A DNA stretch of 39,726 nucleotides, taken from positions 1-39,726 of the IMG/VR virus record IMGVR_UViG_3300032295_002428; one strand, given 5' to 3'. Below, in pieces: positions 25,701 through 33,975 of this stretch (its first letter is position 1; the number at the start of each line of letters is the position of its first letter). The stretch comes from a virus (taxonomy: Duplodnaviria > Caudoviricetes). A program made the translations under genes and the position numbers. The notes under the pieces were generated by a model, which saw only the letters and a program-made list of their open reading frames with translations, was not told the origin of the DNA and did no database searches.

Positions 25701-27508
25701 ACCACATGCCAAGGGGGATGCAGCTTGCCGTCGAGAACAAGCTGCCAAAATACAGCCTTGAGGCTTTTGAGTACGCCAGCAACTACGCCAAAGCACGAGT
25801 CAAGGAGACACTAAAGAGTGTGATCATTGACGGCAAGAACATTGCTGATGCCGTGATGACTGGACCTGATGCTCAGAAGTTCATGGATGCAGTGAACTTC
25901 ACCGACAATCTCCACGTCGACATTGAGCCACGAACCTTGGCTGAAGGAATGAGGCTTGGCCAGGCTCGTGGACTCAAGGATGGTGAGCTGACTCAATGGG
26001 CACAAAGGTATGTCGACGAAGGAAATCTTAAGCACAAGATTGCAGAGTTTGGCCACGCAACACTTGGTCGAATTGGAAACATCCCCGGAGATGCAATGTC
26101 TGCTCTTGCGAAAGGACCTGGTCTTATAGGAGCGACGTTCAAGTTCATGCACCCTTTTCTACGAATACCAACAAACATCCTGAAGTCCATTGGCCGAAGC
26201 ACTCCTGGCCTGAATCTCTTTGTTGACAGCTTCTACCGCGACATTATGAGCGAGAACCCTGCTGTGCGTGAGCGCGTCAGGGGAGAGTTCCTGCTGGGTG
26301 GAGGCGTCCTCACCGCAGCGATCGTGGCCACCACGCACGGGCGTGTCCGCCTGAACGGAAACGGACCCTCGGATCCGATCGCCAAGGAGAACTGGCTCAA
26401 GGAACGGAAGATGGTGAACTCCATCCAGTTCTGGGACGACTCAACCAACACCTGGGGTCCGGCCATCTCCACCGCAGCCTTCGAGCCCTACTCCTCCCTG
26501 TTCAGCGCCATTGGGGACTACAACGACATGGCCGCTGGCCTGCCCATGGAGGCACGGACAAGGCTTGGTGCATCCATGGCACTGGACCTGTTCAGGATGC
26601 AGTCGCTTGGAATGCTGAACAAGACCTACTTCCAAGGGATCAACGAGCTGTATCAGGCAGCGTTCGACCCTAACAAAGCGATCACCGGTCCCAGCAGCAG
26701 GAACATGACGGTCAGGCTGATCGAACGCATCCTGGCTGGCATGGTGCCGTGGAGCTCTGCATCACGCGCAGCACGGCGACAGGTCGATCCGGTTGCCAGA
26801 AGCGTTGATCCGTCACAGACGGGCAACTTCGCCATGGACTTCTTCCAGGAAACGATTGACGAGATCAGGAACCAGACGCCTGGCCTGAGCGATGGCTTGG
26901 CTGGACGTCGGGATTGGTCCGCTCCGGGTGCCCCGTACATGACGGTCCCTCAGATCCTTGGCAGTGAAGTCGTCAGGGACAACCCGTTCCTGCTCGGATC
27001 GATGCAGTTCACCCCGCTCTCGATCATGCGGGTGTCAGACGGACCCGGTGATCCTGTTCAGGCGGAGATGTCAAGGCTGCATGGCAAGGGCACAGCCTTC
27101 AGTGGCCCTCGAGCTGCTGACTTTGGCCCTGAAATGCGGCTGACGTCGTCCGAACTGTCGGAGTACCAGCGAATCTTTGGCACGGTGAAGGACGTCGAGG
27201 GGTTCACCTGGCATGAGCGGGTATCCAAGATGGTCAACTCGGCCGAGTACATGGCCCTGCCCGCCGAACTGCCATCCACCGTTGACGTCCCGGAGCGAGC
27301 AGCTCGCATCCAGATCTGGACCGACAAGTTCAAGAAGCTGGCCAAGGATGAGTACATGAGAACCACTTCCAAGGGCGCTGCGATTGCTGCTGAGGAGCAA
27401 CGCAAAGCCATCAGGCAGGCAGAAACCTTGTATGGACGGAAGTATGGTGTATCCGAGAGTCAGGCACCTAGCAGTACCCAGACCTTCATCCAGGAGTTGA
27501 CCCGCTAA
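19709..27508 (+). CDS. very large internal virion protein D (gp16-like, 2599 aa) with inserted ParB-like, ART-like and HExxH domains
   Basis: Lies between gp15-like and tail fibre; GAGGAG SD; C-terminal NNLISSG.T, PFLRIPTNI, NKTYFQGI segments resemble podovirus gp16. Confidence 0.8.
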   Translation: MPGFAFQKGPDGKYVSTYDGPVYQGNAPLGTTGAAPVTGARRMEDDGRLVQRALTNVVPILGAQVPMVAGGIKGIQTLMQTGDPTKAWNAGAAETAAILKPISGMPEGPGMLWARTHYNASRNLTQSVLGNLPAAGSRKPGQADSPMLGFIPPLPKVKSSGGIEDFATGLVQTGMGVAASALALRAGGALLTPLVAAAPGGTAVLQGLGAASRLPATLRTAATAVQGIGGPSGALNTAANIARVGQIATEGAAIGALTNYAAFTPEEKTQADEWLGWAKGSNWLPLQEYIFSKPGDTEADARWKNAVFNLPIDATMNLGIHALGIAAKAAISRIPRSALGQAGQPAPQRPQPGVPAGQQTVDVTAQPVKEPAPTAEAPPAVVTPADVNKAVDNAATKLAHISTTVHPEMGPVTPENRGAWLPSFNQVREMPVSEIATDPKRLQSKAAGQATETGVTGSLEGVDVYNPLMGKPISVWQDPTDGKMYVVNGHNQLDLAKRSGIDNVLTWQIEAATAEEARAIGALENMGQGSGTAIDAAKVIREMGYSPEEIKARGIDLQGPVTRDAIALSRLPQATFNKVVAGKLDLDKAIALGSKEPTPAAPVVQAAPATPASLERQFANNPVARVLEAQGFTPRQPEFFNHPAFDKAWEIGAEWVGGKYRGDALEALKKRKSELSPEQFEQRANLATFFEITQRFSPQNLDDEANKFLNWYQSPQRVAAERDLPLTVAQRQLEDLYAAASETPTPAASAASMEFTMPVELSKSAPRYGRATIQFASDLDRAAYVLANDARNRLAGKPSSKAAEKFRTALEQAGFDPIDVAIHGREKVIPAIKEAAGGGAAPQTAMDLQIAAQQFVSRKAPAEVPALGTPAAPTEVRLYRGVPAGREGGSTVGDALFMSPDKAVAESYAGEGGTVSEAVVQFQNLLKTQNWMEAKAALGLNKSASMDELIRAARAAGHDGLSFTTTNGEEYIQINKAPAALAEPQAITPEVLGPGEMPQRVSDTPIADRFAEQIAKIAETDARMFRTIGELTSLTRKAIDELSGVTTPAADVTVISLEETSPTTVVPPVAAPEIQIPPDASRPLPPGSPRVDTVSQSISRWLGIGQEEARNLLLAKGEVLDVTKIPGMNLEKALDDKYKDFASPELQAVVRAYQRFYGPTSRQQRNELLAIADAVNEAMPNELPDHLSVSPELAQSAMDLITATVRQIAGDDVAIKFIMGAKQQVDTYGTHGQPGRTIEVGGSYNFNQEGILHGDPLKEIVDFTRIGLIRRDETREDYLIRNMMTAAHESFHNLQLRYLSSKQLRVLNTVFAKTKLALNRANRVRKGDIPVEKQAQGFGAYVEGELRGVDPTLNMFMEIDKADIDQIKEWMAGPDVIEKVLATPVNTFIEAIKIADNLTDFVEKVYNSIRGRGWTSIRDIFAQAAAGDIKTMGVNRGHVFEFNDLPGTVTDFMSAQNGDKEWIRRIDALRSQMLKEGKMPWQDLFDMARAGELFSEADQSITGMGGSLYSKVPEESGPARPSLPNGPENPSWATDFARLLDQYQNQLASGEITMEELYVLNRTQKTESPSGSQVYTADSQELIPGYAAMGQLLGDRPTFTGYPVRNPEETVKNNQAWFDTRQINGFNGGQVLAGLDAITNGFRAHEHGALNRAMAYADFLQKEAQIQAALWLNSANSGTSNKSERLATLITAVDKARRMHLAIANVTRPWGQMGLEMQLPRNYEIPTNVVEKAAPTTSIVDQAIMEELAKGDANPNGAFENITDVLDPELTHAAKGGEITVQAEAAADALADFVNSGGVDPAIRTQTWQDLESINNAKPGVAARTGPSGENPLQMLRVNNLISSGITTGTNLTNALFNIARLSAAQGVGAFVSGDMDRVMYSVFMLNTFLQNIDNAFRLGTHAIQSGKPLFNTTSGVLEHYNSMAAKDAQEALATANPNARTGWSLTTADMTEQFAKTTAGQVINAVWGTLGTGASRIAVGLDTFSATLSGHTFEHFNHMPRGMQLAVENKLPKYSLEAFEYASNYAKARVKETLKSVIIDGKNIADAVMTGPDAQKFMDAVNFTDNLHVDIEPRTLAEGMRLGQARGLKDGELTQWAQRYVDEGNLKHKIAEFGHATLGRIGNIPGDAMSALAKGPGLIGATFKFMHPFLRIPTNILKSIGRSTPGLNLFVDSFYRDIMSENPAVRERVRGEFLLGGGVLTAAIVATTHGRVRLNGNGPSDPIAKENWLKERKMVNSIQFWDDSTNTWGPAISTAAFEPYSSLFSAIGDYNDMAAGLPMEARTRLGASMALDLFRMQSLGMLNKTYFQGINELYQAAFDPNKAITGPSSRNMTVRLIERILAGMVPWSSASRAARRQVDPVARSVDPSQTGNFAMDFFQETIDEIRNQTPGLSDGLAGRRDWSAPGAPYMTVPQILGSEVVRDNPFLLGSMQFTPLSIMRVSDGPGDPVQAEMSRLHGKGTAFSGPRAADFGPEMRLTSSELSEYQRIFGTVKDVEGFTWHERVSKMVNSAEYMALPAELPSTVDVPERAARIQIWTDKFKKLAKDEYMRTTSKGAAIAAEEQRKAIRQAETLYGRKYGVSESQAPSSTQTFIQELTR

Positions 27509-30000
27509 TGGCCTACAGCTACGTCGCCTACACCGGCAACGGATCGACAACGCAATTCGTTGTCAGTTTTCCGTACATCCGCAAGGAGCACGTCGTTGCC
27601 TACGTCAATTACACCCTGACGGCGGCATTCTCCTGGGTGAATGACAGCACCATTCAGTTCACCACTGCCCCTCCAGCGGGGCAGCGGGTGGAGATCAGGC
27701 GCTACAGCCCCACCGGTTCCCGTCTGGTGGACTACACCAACGGTTCCACCTTGGTTGCGGCTGATCTGGATACAGACAGCACCCAGCATCTGTACAAGGA
27801 GCAGGAGCTGGATGATGACATCAAGCAGTCGGTGTACGTCGATCCGACAACCGGCTACCCGACTGCCAGTGGCCAACGGATCACCAACGTTGCCAACCCG
27901 GTAGACCCTCAGGACGCTGCCACCAAGAACTACGTCGACACCACCACCGTCGCTTCGGCTGGTGATTCGATGACTGGCCCGTTGGCCATGGGTGGCAACA
28001 AGATCACTGGGGTTGGGGAGCCAACCAGTGCTCAGGATGCCGCGACCAAGAACTACGTCGACACCACGTTCGTCGACAACACCACCGATCTGATTGACAG
28101 CACGGAGACGTGGGTCAGCAATGACACCAAGATCGCCACGACTGCTGCTGGTGACGCTCGTCACACGATGGTCGTCAATCCCACCACTCCAACTGTTCCA
28201 GCTGGTGGTTGGCAGGTTGGCAAGACCTGGCTGCAGAACGACGCCAACAAGACGTTCAGCTACTGGAGTGGCCTGAATTGGATCGGCATTGCTTCAGGTG
28301 GCACGTTCACCCTGCAGCCCACCGTCATCTATGTGGATTCGGTGAATGGCGACGATGCCAATGACGGCCATCGGATCATCACCCCCAAGAAGACCATCAA
28401 GGCTGCCGTCACTGCAGCAAACGCAGGCGACATCGTGAAGGTGGCCCCTGGTGTGTACCAGGAATCACTGCCGATCGACGTCACGGTTGCCAACCTCTCG
28501 ATCGTTGGCGACTCAACCCGCAGCTGCTTTGTCAATCCGACGGTGGCGACTGAGACCGGCATCATGTTCCGCTGCAACAGCGGCACCTACATCGATGGCT
28601 TCACCTTTGCGGGCCTGAAGGCCAGCGGGACTCGAGGTGGGCATGCGATCGACAGCGACGCCACCTACGGCTTGCCTGCCTCACAGGGCTGGGTGGCGGG
28701 CTTCTATCCGGGTGCAGTGATCCGCAAGTCCCCTTGGATCCAGAACTGCACCAACTTTGCCGATGCCTCGATCGACAACTCTGCCTTTGATCCCAACAAC
28801 TACCAAGGGACAGGCGGAGACACGACGTCTGCTCTGACCGGTGGCGGGATCATCGTCGATGGTTCACTGCCTGCACTCAGCAGCCCGCTTCGCAGCTTCG
28901 TCATCAACGAGTTCACCCAGGTCTGCCTTGATGGCCCGGGCCTGCTGGTGTGCAACAACGGCTATGCCCAGGCAGTGTCGTTCTTTGGCCTGTTCTGCCA
29001 CTACCACGCCAAGGCGTTGAGCGGCGGCCAGATCAACATGGAGGTGGGCACAACTGACTTCGGTCGGTACGGCCTGATTGCTGATGGCAAGAGCAGCTCT
29101 GCCATCTTCACGGCAACGGCCAACGGTGCTGCCACTGCTGGTGCGATCACCTTCGCCATCAATGCCCCGACGGCTGGTGGTTCATGGTTCGGTGATGCCA
29201 ACCGGCCAGCGATCAACATGCTGGTGCAGATCGGCAGTGACATCTACCCGATCCTGAGCAGCACTGCCAACGGGGGCGGGTGGAACGTCACCATCAGCCG
29301 TCCCAACCCCAGCAACAGGGCACAGAACCTTGGCCTGATCAACGGTCACGCCAATGGCGCTTCGGTGTCGTTCTTCCTGCGGTCGATGATCAGCACTGCG
29401 TCCCACACGATGGAGTACGCAGGCTCTGGTTGCAATTACAACGCCCTGCCGGAGAACGGTGGGGTTGCGGTTGAGGCCAATGAGTCGATCAGCCGGAACA
29501 ACGGCAAGGTGTGGCTGACCAGCACCGATCAAAGCGGCAAGTTCAAGGTGGGTGACACCTTCCAGGTGGACCAGCAGACGGGCTTTGTCACGATTGACCC
29601 GAACTCCTACAGCACCAACCTTGTCTCTGACCTGACTCCTGAACTTGGTGGTGACCTGGATGTTTTGAATCGGAATATCTACAGCTCAACTGGAGATATT
29701 GGTATTCAGGATGCGTTTAACACTGGCGTCAATTTGCTGTTGGTGCGTGAGTTGTCACTGCCAACGGCCTATCCGTTTGTCACTCAATACGATATTGGCA
29801 CGGATCCTAATCAGGTTCCGCTCAACTCTGCGTTGGGACAATTGGCTTTCTTGGATGACATCACCCGACTTCAGCCATCCGCTACTGCACCTCAAAATAC
29901 CTTTGACATCAACTTTGAATACGTATCCAACACGTCGATTAGGATTCGGATGCGCGGGTCTGATGGCGTCGTGCGTTCAAACACACTCACCCTGGTCTGA
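27508..30000 (+). CDS. gp17: tail fibre/tailspike with T7 gp17-type N-terminal anchor and beta-helix-like body
   Basis: YTGNGSTTQF...FPY, IRR.SP...LVDY.NGS.L...DL anchor; DAATKNYVD repeats; IYVD..NGDD.NDG...KTIKAA...V.PG.Y.E. Confidence 0.85.
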   Translation: MAYSYVAYTGNGSTTQFVVSFPYIRKEHVVAYVNYTLTAAFSWVNDSTIQFTTAPPAGQRVEIRRYSPTGSRLVDYTNGSTLVAADLDTDSTQHLYKEQELDDDIKQSVYVDPTTGYPTASGQRITNVANPVDPQDAATKNYVDTTTVASAGDSMTGPLAMGGNKITGVGEPTSAQDAATKNYVDTTFVDNTTDLIDSTETWVSNDTKIATTAAGDARHTMVVNPTTPTVPAGGWQVGKTWLQNDANKTFSYWSGLNWIGIASGGTFTLQPTVIYVDSVNGDDANDGHRIITPKKTIKAAVTAANAGDIVKVAPGVYQESLPIDVTVANLSIVGDSTRSCFVNPTVATETGIMFRCNSGTYIDGFTFAGLKASGTRGGHAIDSDATYGLPASQGWVAGFYPGAVIRKSPWIQNCTNFADASIDNSAFDPNNYQGTGGDTTSALTGGGIIVDGSLPALSSPLRSFVINEFTQVCLDGPGLLVCNNGYAQAVSFFGLFCHYHAKALSGGQINMEVGTTDFGRYGLIADGKSSSAIFTATANGAATAGAITFAINAPTAGGSWFGDANRPAINMLVQIGSDIYPILSSTANGGGWNVTISRPNPSNRAQNLGLINGHANGASVSFFLRSMISTASHTMEYAGSGCNYNALPENGGVAVEANESISRNNGKVWLTSTDQSGKFKVGDTFQVDQQTGFVTIDPNSYSTNLVSDLTPELGGDLDVLNRNIYSSTGDIGIQDAFNTGVNLLLVRELSLPTAYPFVTQYDIGTDPNQVPLNSALGQLAFLDDITRLQPSATAPQNTFDINFEYVSNTSIRIRMRGSDGVVRSNTLTLV
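27871..28069 (+). repeat. two ~25-aa repeats (ITxVxxPxxxQDAATKNYVDTT) in the tail fibre
   Basis: ACCAAGAACTACGTCGACACCAC occurs twice, ~123 nt apart. Confidence 0.8.
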
Positions 30001-30003
30001 CCC

Positions 30004-31932
30004 ATGACCATCAAGCATCTCTACCCGACCACACGTCCAACGCTGAACTTGGACTTTGCCAAGACCAAGCAGCTGGACCCACGCATCACCTTTAGCCGCA
30101 GCAGCAGTGGCACCTACGTCGATGCCAACGGCGTGATTCAAAGTGCAGCCAGCGGTGTGGCCCGGTTTGATCACAACCCGAGCACGGGGGAGAGCCTGGG
30201 GCTACTGGTGGAGGAGAGTAGGGCGAATAATGCTATCTACTCCAGCTCTTTTTCTGGATGGAGCTTTGGTTCACCGATGCCAGGTATCCCTAATGCCTTA
30301 ACAGCACCAGATGGATCTATCACTGGGATGCAGCTATACATCACGGCGGGAGGAAGTGGTCATAAAATAGATAGAGTATTTACAGTCCCATCTTCTGGCA
30401 CTTATACTCTAAGTGTTTATGCAAAGCGAGTATCTGGTTGGCTTAGGATAGGTTGCAACACCTTCAACGCTGATAACGCAGCTTGGTTTGATTTGTCGAA
30501 TGGCGCACTGGGGACCAAAGGTAGCAGCATTACTGCATCAAGCATTACCGATGCAGGAAATGGATGGTATCGGTGTTCAATAACGGCCAGTTTCTCAAGC
30601 ACTAGTGCATATGTATTTATTTCGCTTAGCAATAATGATAATACCTTTTTGGGGAGTGGTGGGCTTACTCATTACCTCTGGGGCGCCCAGTTAGAAGCCG
30701 GCGCCTTCCCCACCAGCTACATCCCCACCCCTGCAACCTTCACCAGCCGTGCTTCCACTGCCACCTACTACGACTCCAGTGGCGTCATCCAGACGGCAGG
30801 CAGCGGCGTAGCCCGCAGTGCTGCGTTCTTCCCCGACAGCAATGGGGTAATGCGTCCAGCTGGATTGCTACTGGAAGCGGCGGGGACGAATCTTGTTACT
30901 TATAGTGAGCAGTTTGATAATGCTGCGTGGAGAAAATTTGATACTACTGTATCCGCAAATGCTACAACTGCCCCAGACGGCACCAGTACTGCTGACAAGC
31001 TAATAGCAAGTGCCACAACTTCAGTTCATTATCTTGATCCAGGTACAGCGCCAAATACCACTGCCAATACAACATACACATTCTCAGTTTTTGCCAAGGC
31101 TGCTGAATACAATTCAATTGTCTTAGAAAATAATTTTGGCAACTTTTTTGCCAACGCAACTTTTAACCTTTCAACTGAAAGTGTTACAACAGCGTCAAAC
31201 AGCGGCACTGTTTTTTCGGCCACAATGCAAAAATTGGCAAACGGTTGGTGGCGATTAATTCTTGTGTCATCGCTTACGAACAATGGGTACACAGTGATTT
31301 ATCCAAATCAGAAAGCATCCTTTACTGGCAACGGAACATCTGGAATCCACATCTGGGGCGCCCAACTTGAAACCGGTTCCTACCCCACCTCCTACATCCC
31401 CACCACAACCGCTTCCGTCACCCGAGCTGCCGATGTCAGCAGCAGTGCCACAGTCACTCGCGCTGCTGATTTGGTACAAATTACGGGAACAAACTTTAGC
31501 AGTTGGCACAACCAGATCGAGGGAACGCTTGTTGTGGAAACTTTTAACGGGCTTGGTGGCTTGGGAGGCGGTCCAAATTTAAGTTATTTAGGAATCAGCG
31601 CTGGAGCACTTCAACCAAGCCTAAGTGTTGGCAATGGAATTAAATACGCATCAGGAAGTCCAAGCAATTACACCCGCGCAATGGGCGTTATTAGTGGTAC
31701 CAATGTCTTTGACAGCAATAGTTTAAGTAATCCCAGTAAAATCGCTATTGCTTACAAGCAGGACAACTTTGCAGTAGCAAGAGCTGCGATTTTAGCTTTA
31801 GATACAAGCGGAAACGTTCCACCTGGCATGGACACATTGACCTTGCGAGGCATTGGGGTAACTTCTTACAAACGTCTCATTTACTGGCCCACTCGATTGA
31901 GTGACGCCATGCTGCAAACCCTCACCCGCTGA
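30004..31932 (+). CDS. fibre/spike protein (head-spike-fibre-like) with two tandem jelly-roll-like modules
   Basis: LNLDFA...ITFSRSS.GTY...ARFDH...LGLLVEESR.N; WGAQLE.G..PTSYIPT twice; TRAAD; RL.YWPTRL...LQTLT. Confidence 0.8.
   Translation: MTIKHLYPTTRPTLNLDFAKTKQLDPRITFSRSSSGTYVDANGVIQSAASGVARFDHNPSTGESLGLLVEESRANNAIYSSSFSGWSFGSPMPGIPNALTAPDGSITGMQLYITAGGSGHKIDRVFTVPSSGTYTLSVYAKRVSGWLRIGCNTFNADNAAWFDLSNGALGTKGSSITASSITDAGNGWYRCSITASFSSTSAYVFISLSNNDNTFLGSGGLTHYLWGAQLEAGAFPTSYIPTPATFTSRASTATYYDSSGVIQTAGSGVARSAAFFPDSNGVMRPAGLLLEAAGTNLVTYSEQFDNAAWRKFDTTVSANATTAPDGTSTADKLIASATTSVHYLDPGTAPNTTANTTYTFSVFAKAAEYNSIVLENNFGNFFANATFNLSTESVTTASNSGTVFSATMQKLANGWWRLILVSSLTNNGYTVIYPNQKASFTGNGTSGIHIWGAQLETGSYPTSYIPTTTASVTRAADVSSSATVTRAADLVQITGTNFSSWHNQIEGTLVVETFNGLGGLGGGPNLSYLGISAGALQPSLSVGNGIKYASGSPSNYTRAMGVISGTNVFDSNSLSNPSKIAIAYKQDNFAVARAAILALDTSGNVPPGMDTLTLRGIGVTSYKRLIYWPTRLSDAMLQTLTR
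30677..31404 (+). repeat. imperfect 53-nt direct repeat (30677-30729, 31352-31404) encoding WGAQLExGxxPTSYIPT
   Basis: TCTGGGGCGCCCA...CTACATCCCCACC twice, 675 nt (225 codons) apart. Confidence 0.8.
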
Positions 31933-31937
31933 TCGCC

Positions 31938-32246
31938 ATGACGACCTACTTTCTCCGCTTCCCCGACGAAGCCACCGCCCAGATCGCCCTCAATGATGCT
32001 GGCGTCTACATCGCCCCCATCGGCAACAACCCCGGCTACTACAAGCAGGCCGACAACGGCTGGGCCTTTGATCCGATCGGCACCATCACCCGTGGTGGCG
32101 TGTACGACCAAGTAACCGGTGAGGAGCTGGTCCCTCCAACCGTGCTGGATGGTTGGCACGGGAACTACGCCGGTGATGTTCTGCCTGATGGGCTGAGCAT
32201 TTACCTCGTCACCCCCACCAACCCCTACCGGGTCTTCGCCAGCTGA
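31938..32246 (+). CDS. putative fibre assembly chaperone / small structural protein
   Basis: YFLRFPDE...DPIGTI...GWH.N...P.NP.RVFA pattern, directly after the fibre gene. Confidence 0.7.
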   Translation: MTTYFLRFPDEATAQIALNDAGVYIAPIGNNPGYYKQADNGWAFDPIGTITRGGVYDQVTGEELVPPTVLDGWHGNYAGDVLPDGLSIYLVTPTNPYRVFAS

Positions 32247-32305
32247 TGGTGTGCTGCTGAGCTCAGCATTATGCTGACTGCAGATCGGGCCACAGTCGCG
32301 CACCC

Positions 32306-32533
32306 ATGTTCGAGACACTTGCCGCTGCTGGCATTGTTGGGGCTGTGGGTGCCCTGTGGAAGATCGCAATCGAGAACGTGGCCATGCGATCGAGCATGAA
32401 GACGGGTCTCGATGCAGTCATCACTGAGCTCCAGCACCTCAGGTCAGAATTGAGCAAGGACATCCAGGCTCTGGAGACCGACATCAAAGACCACGAGTAC
32501 CGACTGCGTGATTTGGAGAAGGAAGTACGCTGA
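32306..32533 (+). CDS. membrane-anchored coiled-coil protein (possible holin/lysis accessory)
   Basis: N-terminal hydrophobic LAAAGIVGAVGALW followed by a heptad-like region. Confidence 0.65.
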   Translation: MFETLAAAGIVGAVGALWKIAIENVAMRSSMKTGLDAVITELQHLRSELSKDIQALETDIKDHEYRLRDLEKEVR

Positions 32534-32555
32534 GCACAGGTCTTCCGAGGAAAGC

Positions 32556-32741
32556 GTGGATCGGATCAGCGAATACGTTGCCCTTGCTGTAGCCATTCAT
32601 GGCTTGGCAGTAGTGATCGTGAACATGACCCCCACTCCGAAGGACAACGAGCGCCTGAGTGACGTTGCTCGGATGGCAGTGAAGGCTTATCGGGCGATCG
32701 AGATCATGGCTGGCCTTGTGAGCAAGAGGGCAAAGCAGTGA
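32556..32741 (+). CDS. small membrane protein with TPTPKD motif (putative holin)
   Basis: GAGG SD + GTG; TM segment YVALAVAIHGLAVVIVN then TPTPKDN; basic C-terminus. Confidence 0.65.
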   Translation: MDRISEYVALAVAIHGLAVVIVNMTPTPKDNERLSDVARMAVKAYRAIEIMAGLVSKRAKQ

Positions 32742-32890
32742 AGAAGGACGACCTGAAGATCCAGAAGGTCATGCACGAGTACAAGGGTGGCAAGCTGCGG
32801 TCCAGCAGCGGCCAGAAGGTGAAGAACCGGAAGCAGGCCCTGGCAATTGCTCTGAGTGAGCAACGCAGGGCCGACAAGGGCAAGAGCTGA
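32738..32890 (+). CDS. DUF6496-like small basic protein (50 aa, not in ORF track)
   Basis: Manual translation KVMHEYKGGKLRSSSGQKVKNRKQALAIALSE; GTGA overlap with the upstream stop. Confidence 0.75.
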   Translation: MKKDDLKIQKVMHEYKGGKLRSSSGQKVKNRKQALAIALSEQRRADKGKS

Positions 32891-33406
32891 TCAGCCCTTG
32901 CTGGCAGTGACGCCAAGATCGCAGTTGTACCGGCCGGTCTTGGCGTAGGAAGCTTCCACGCAACCGCTGACCAGCAGGAATTTCATCTGTCCGATGCGAA
33001 GACCGGGCCAGATGGGCAGCGGATGGAAGCGCCTGCTGTTCCTGAGCTCCATGGTGAGCCGAGAACCGAACCAACCGGGGTCGCACCACCCTGCTTCGGC
33101 GTGGTCCCAGCCATCCCTTGCCCGGGAGGACTTGAGGACGAACTGGGCACCGATGTAATCGGGCAGGTTGAAGATCTCGCGGGTCTCCGCCAGGAAGAAT
33201 TCACCGGGTTGGATCCAGAACGGATCCTTTTCGGTGGCCCCGTTGATCTCCCACGTTTCGAGTTCAGGCTTTTCCTTGGACTCGATCATGATCTCGCCAC
33301 CCAAGGTGACATCGATGCTTGCCGGGTTGAGGTAATTCTCGTTGAAAGGGGAGACGAGAGCCTTCTGGCGACAGAGTCGGCGGATTTCGTGGTCAGGTAT
33401 CAGCAT
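32891..33406 (-). CDS. dcd: dCTP deaminase
   Basis: LNPASIDVTLG, LKSSRAR, AGWCDPGW.G..TMEL, RIGQM.F, Y...GRY. Confidence 0.88.
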   Translation of the reverse strand: MLIPDHEIRRLCRQKALVSPFNENYLNPASIDVTLGGEIMIESKEKPELETWEINGATEKDPFWIQPGEFFLAETREIFNLPDYIGAQFVLKSSRARDGWDHAEAGWCDPGWFGSRLTMELRNSRRFHPLPIWPGLRIGQMKFLLVSGCVEASYAKTGRYNCDLGVTASKG

Positions 33407-33975
33407 CAGTAGTCCCAGCGGACGCGAGGATGGCCGGGGCGGATCCCGATGTGGATGAATCCCTTGGGTGCCCCGTAGCCCAGAGAGTAATTCCAGACTC
33501 GATCGGCCCAGGTCTGCAGTTCCTTGACCGGCATGCCATCGAGGTAGAAGTCAATGGCACCTGTGCTGGGGGTGTCGTACAGGTGTTCGCTGTTCAGGGC
33601 ACCGCCAATGGCAGTGTTGATGCGGGGGGGACGGTAGCCGGAGGTGATCACGGCCGGGCAGTTGAAGGTGTCCCGTGCCTTCTGGACAAACTGGGACAGC
33701 ATCACTGCTGTTTCGCACTGGTGCTGCTGGTGGAAGCGGCGCTCCGGTGACTGGAGACAGAGCTCCCCGTAGGAAACGTTGGGGGTGATCTGGTAGTCGA
33801 AGGACGAGGAGGGCCGGAAAGGGTCCCGTGCGCCCGTCTCAGGCGTCCGGTAGAGCTCCGTGAAGTCAGCAAGCTGCTTCTCGGTCAAGGTGTCCTGCAG
33901 GCCATTCCAGCCAGCAACCTGATGGGGCAGTCCCTTGAAGAACTTGGCCGCGTCAACGAGCTTGATCGGTGCCAT
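33406..33975 (-). CDS. endolysin, peptidase M15 family
   Basis: ITSGYRP...N..IGGA.NSEH...AIDF...FIHIGIR zinc-peptidase motifs; start at MAPIKL. Confidence 0.88.
   Translation of the reverse strand: MAPIKLVDAAKFFKGLPHQVAGWNGLQDTLTEKQLADFTELYRTPETGARDPFRPSSSFDYQITPNVSYGELCLQSPERRFHQQHQCETAVMLSQFVQKARDTFNCPAVITSGYRPPRINTAIGGALNSEHLYDTPSTGAIDFYLDGMPVKELQTWADRVWNYSLGYGAPKGFIHIGIRPGHPRVRWDY

Noticed and set aside
30677-31404. Diversity-generating retroelement TR/VR pair
   Set aside because: No reverse transcriptase; both copies are in-frame coding, and differences are not adenine-specific
32255-32277. Overlapping palindromes GCTGAGCTCAGC and TCAGCATTATGCTGA as a terminator
   Set aside because: No U-tract and short AT-containing stems; could be an operator but unsupported
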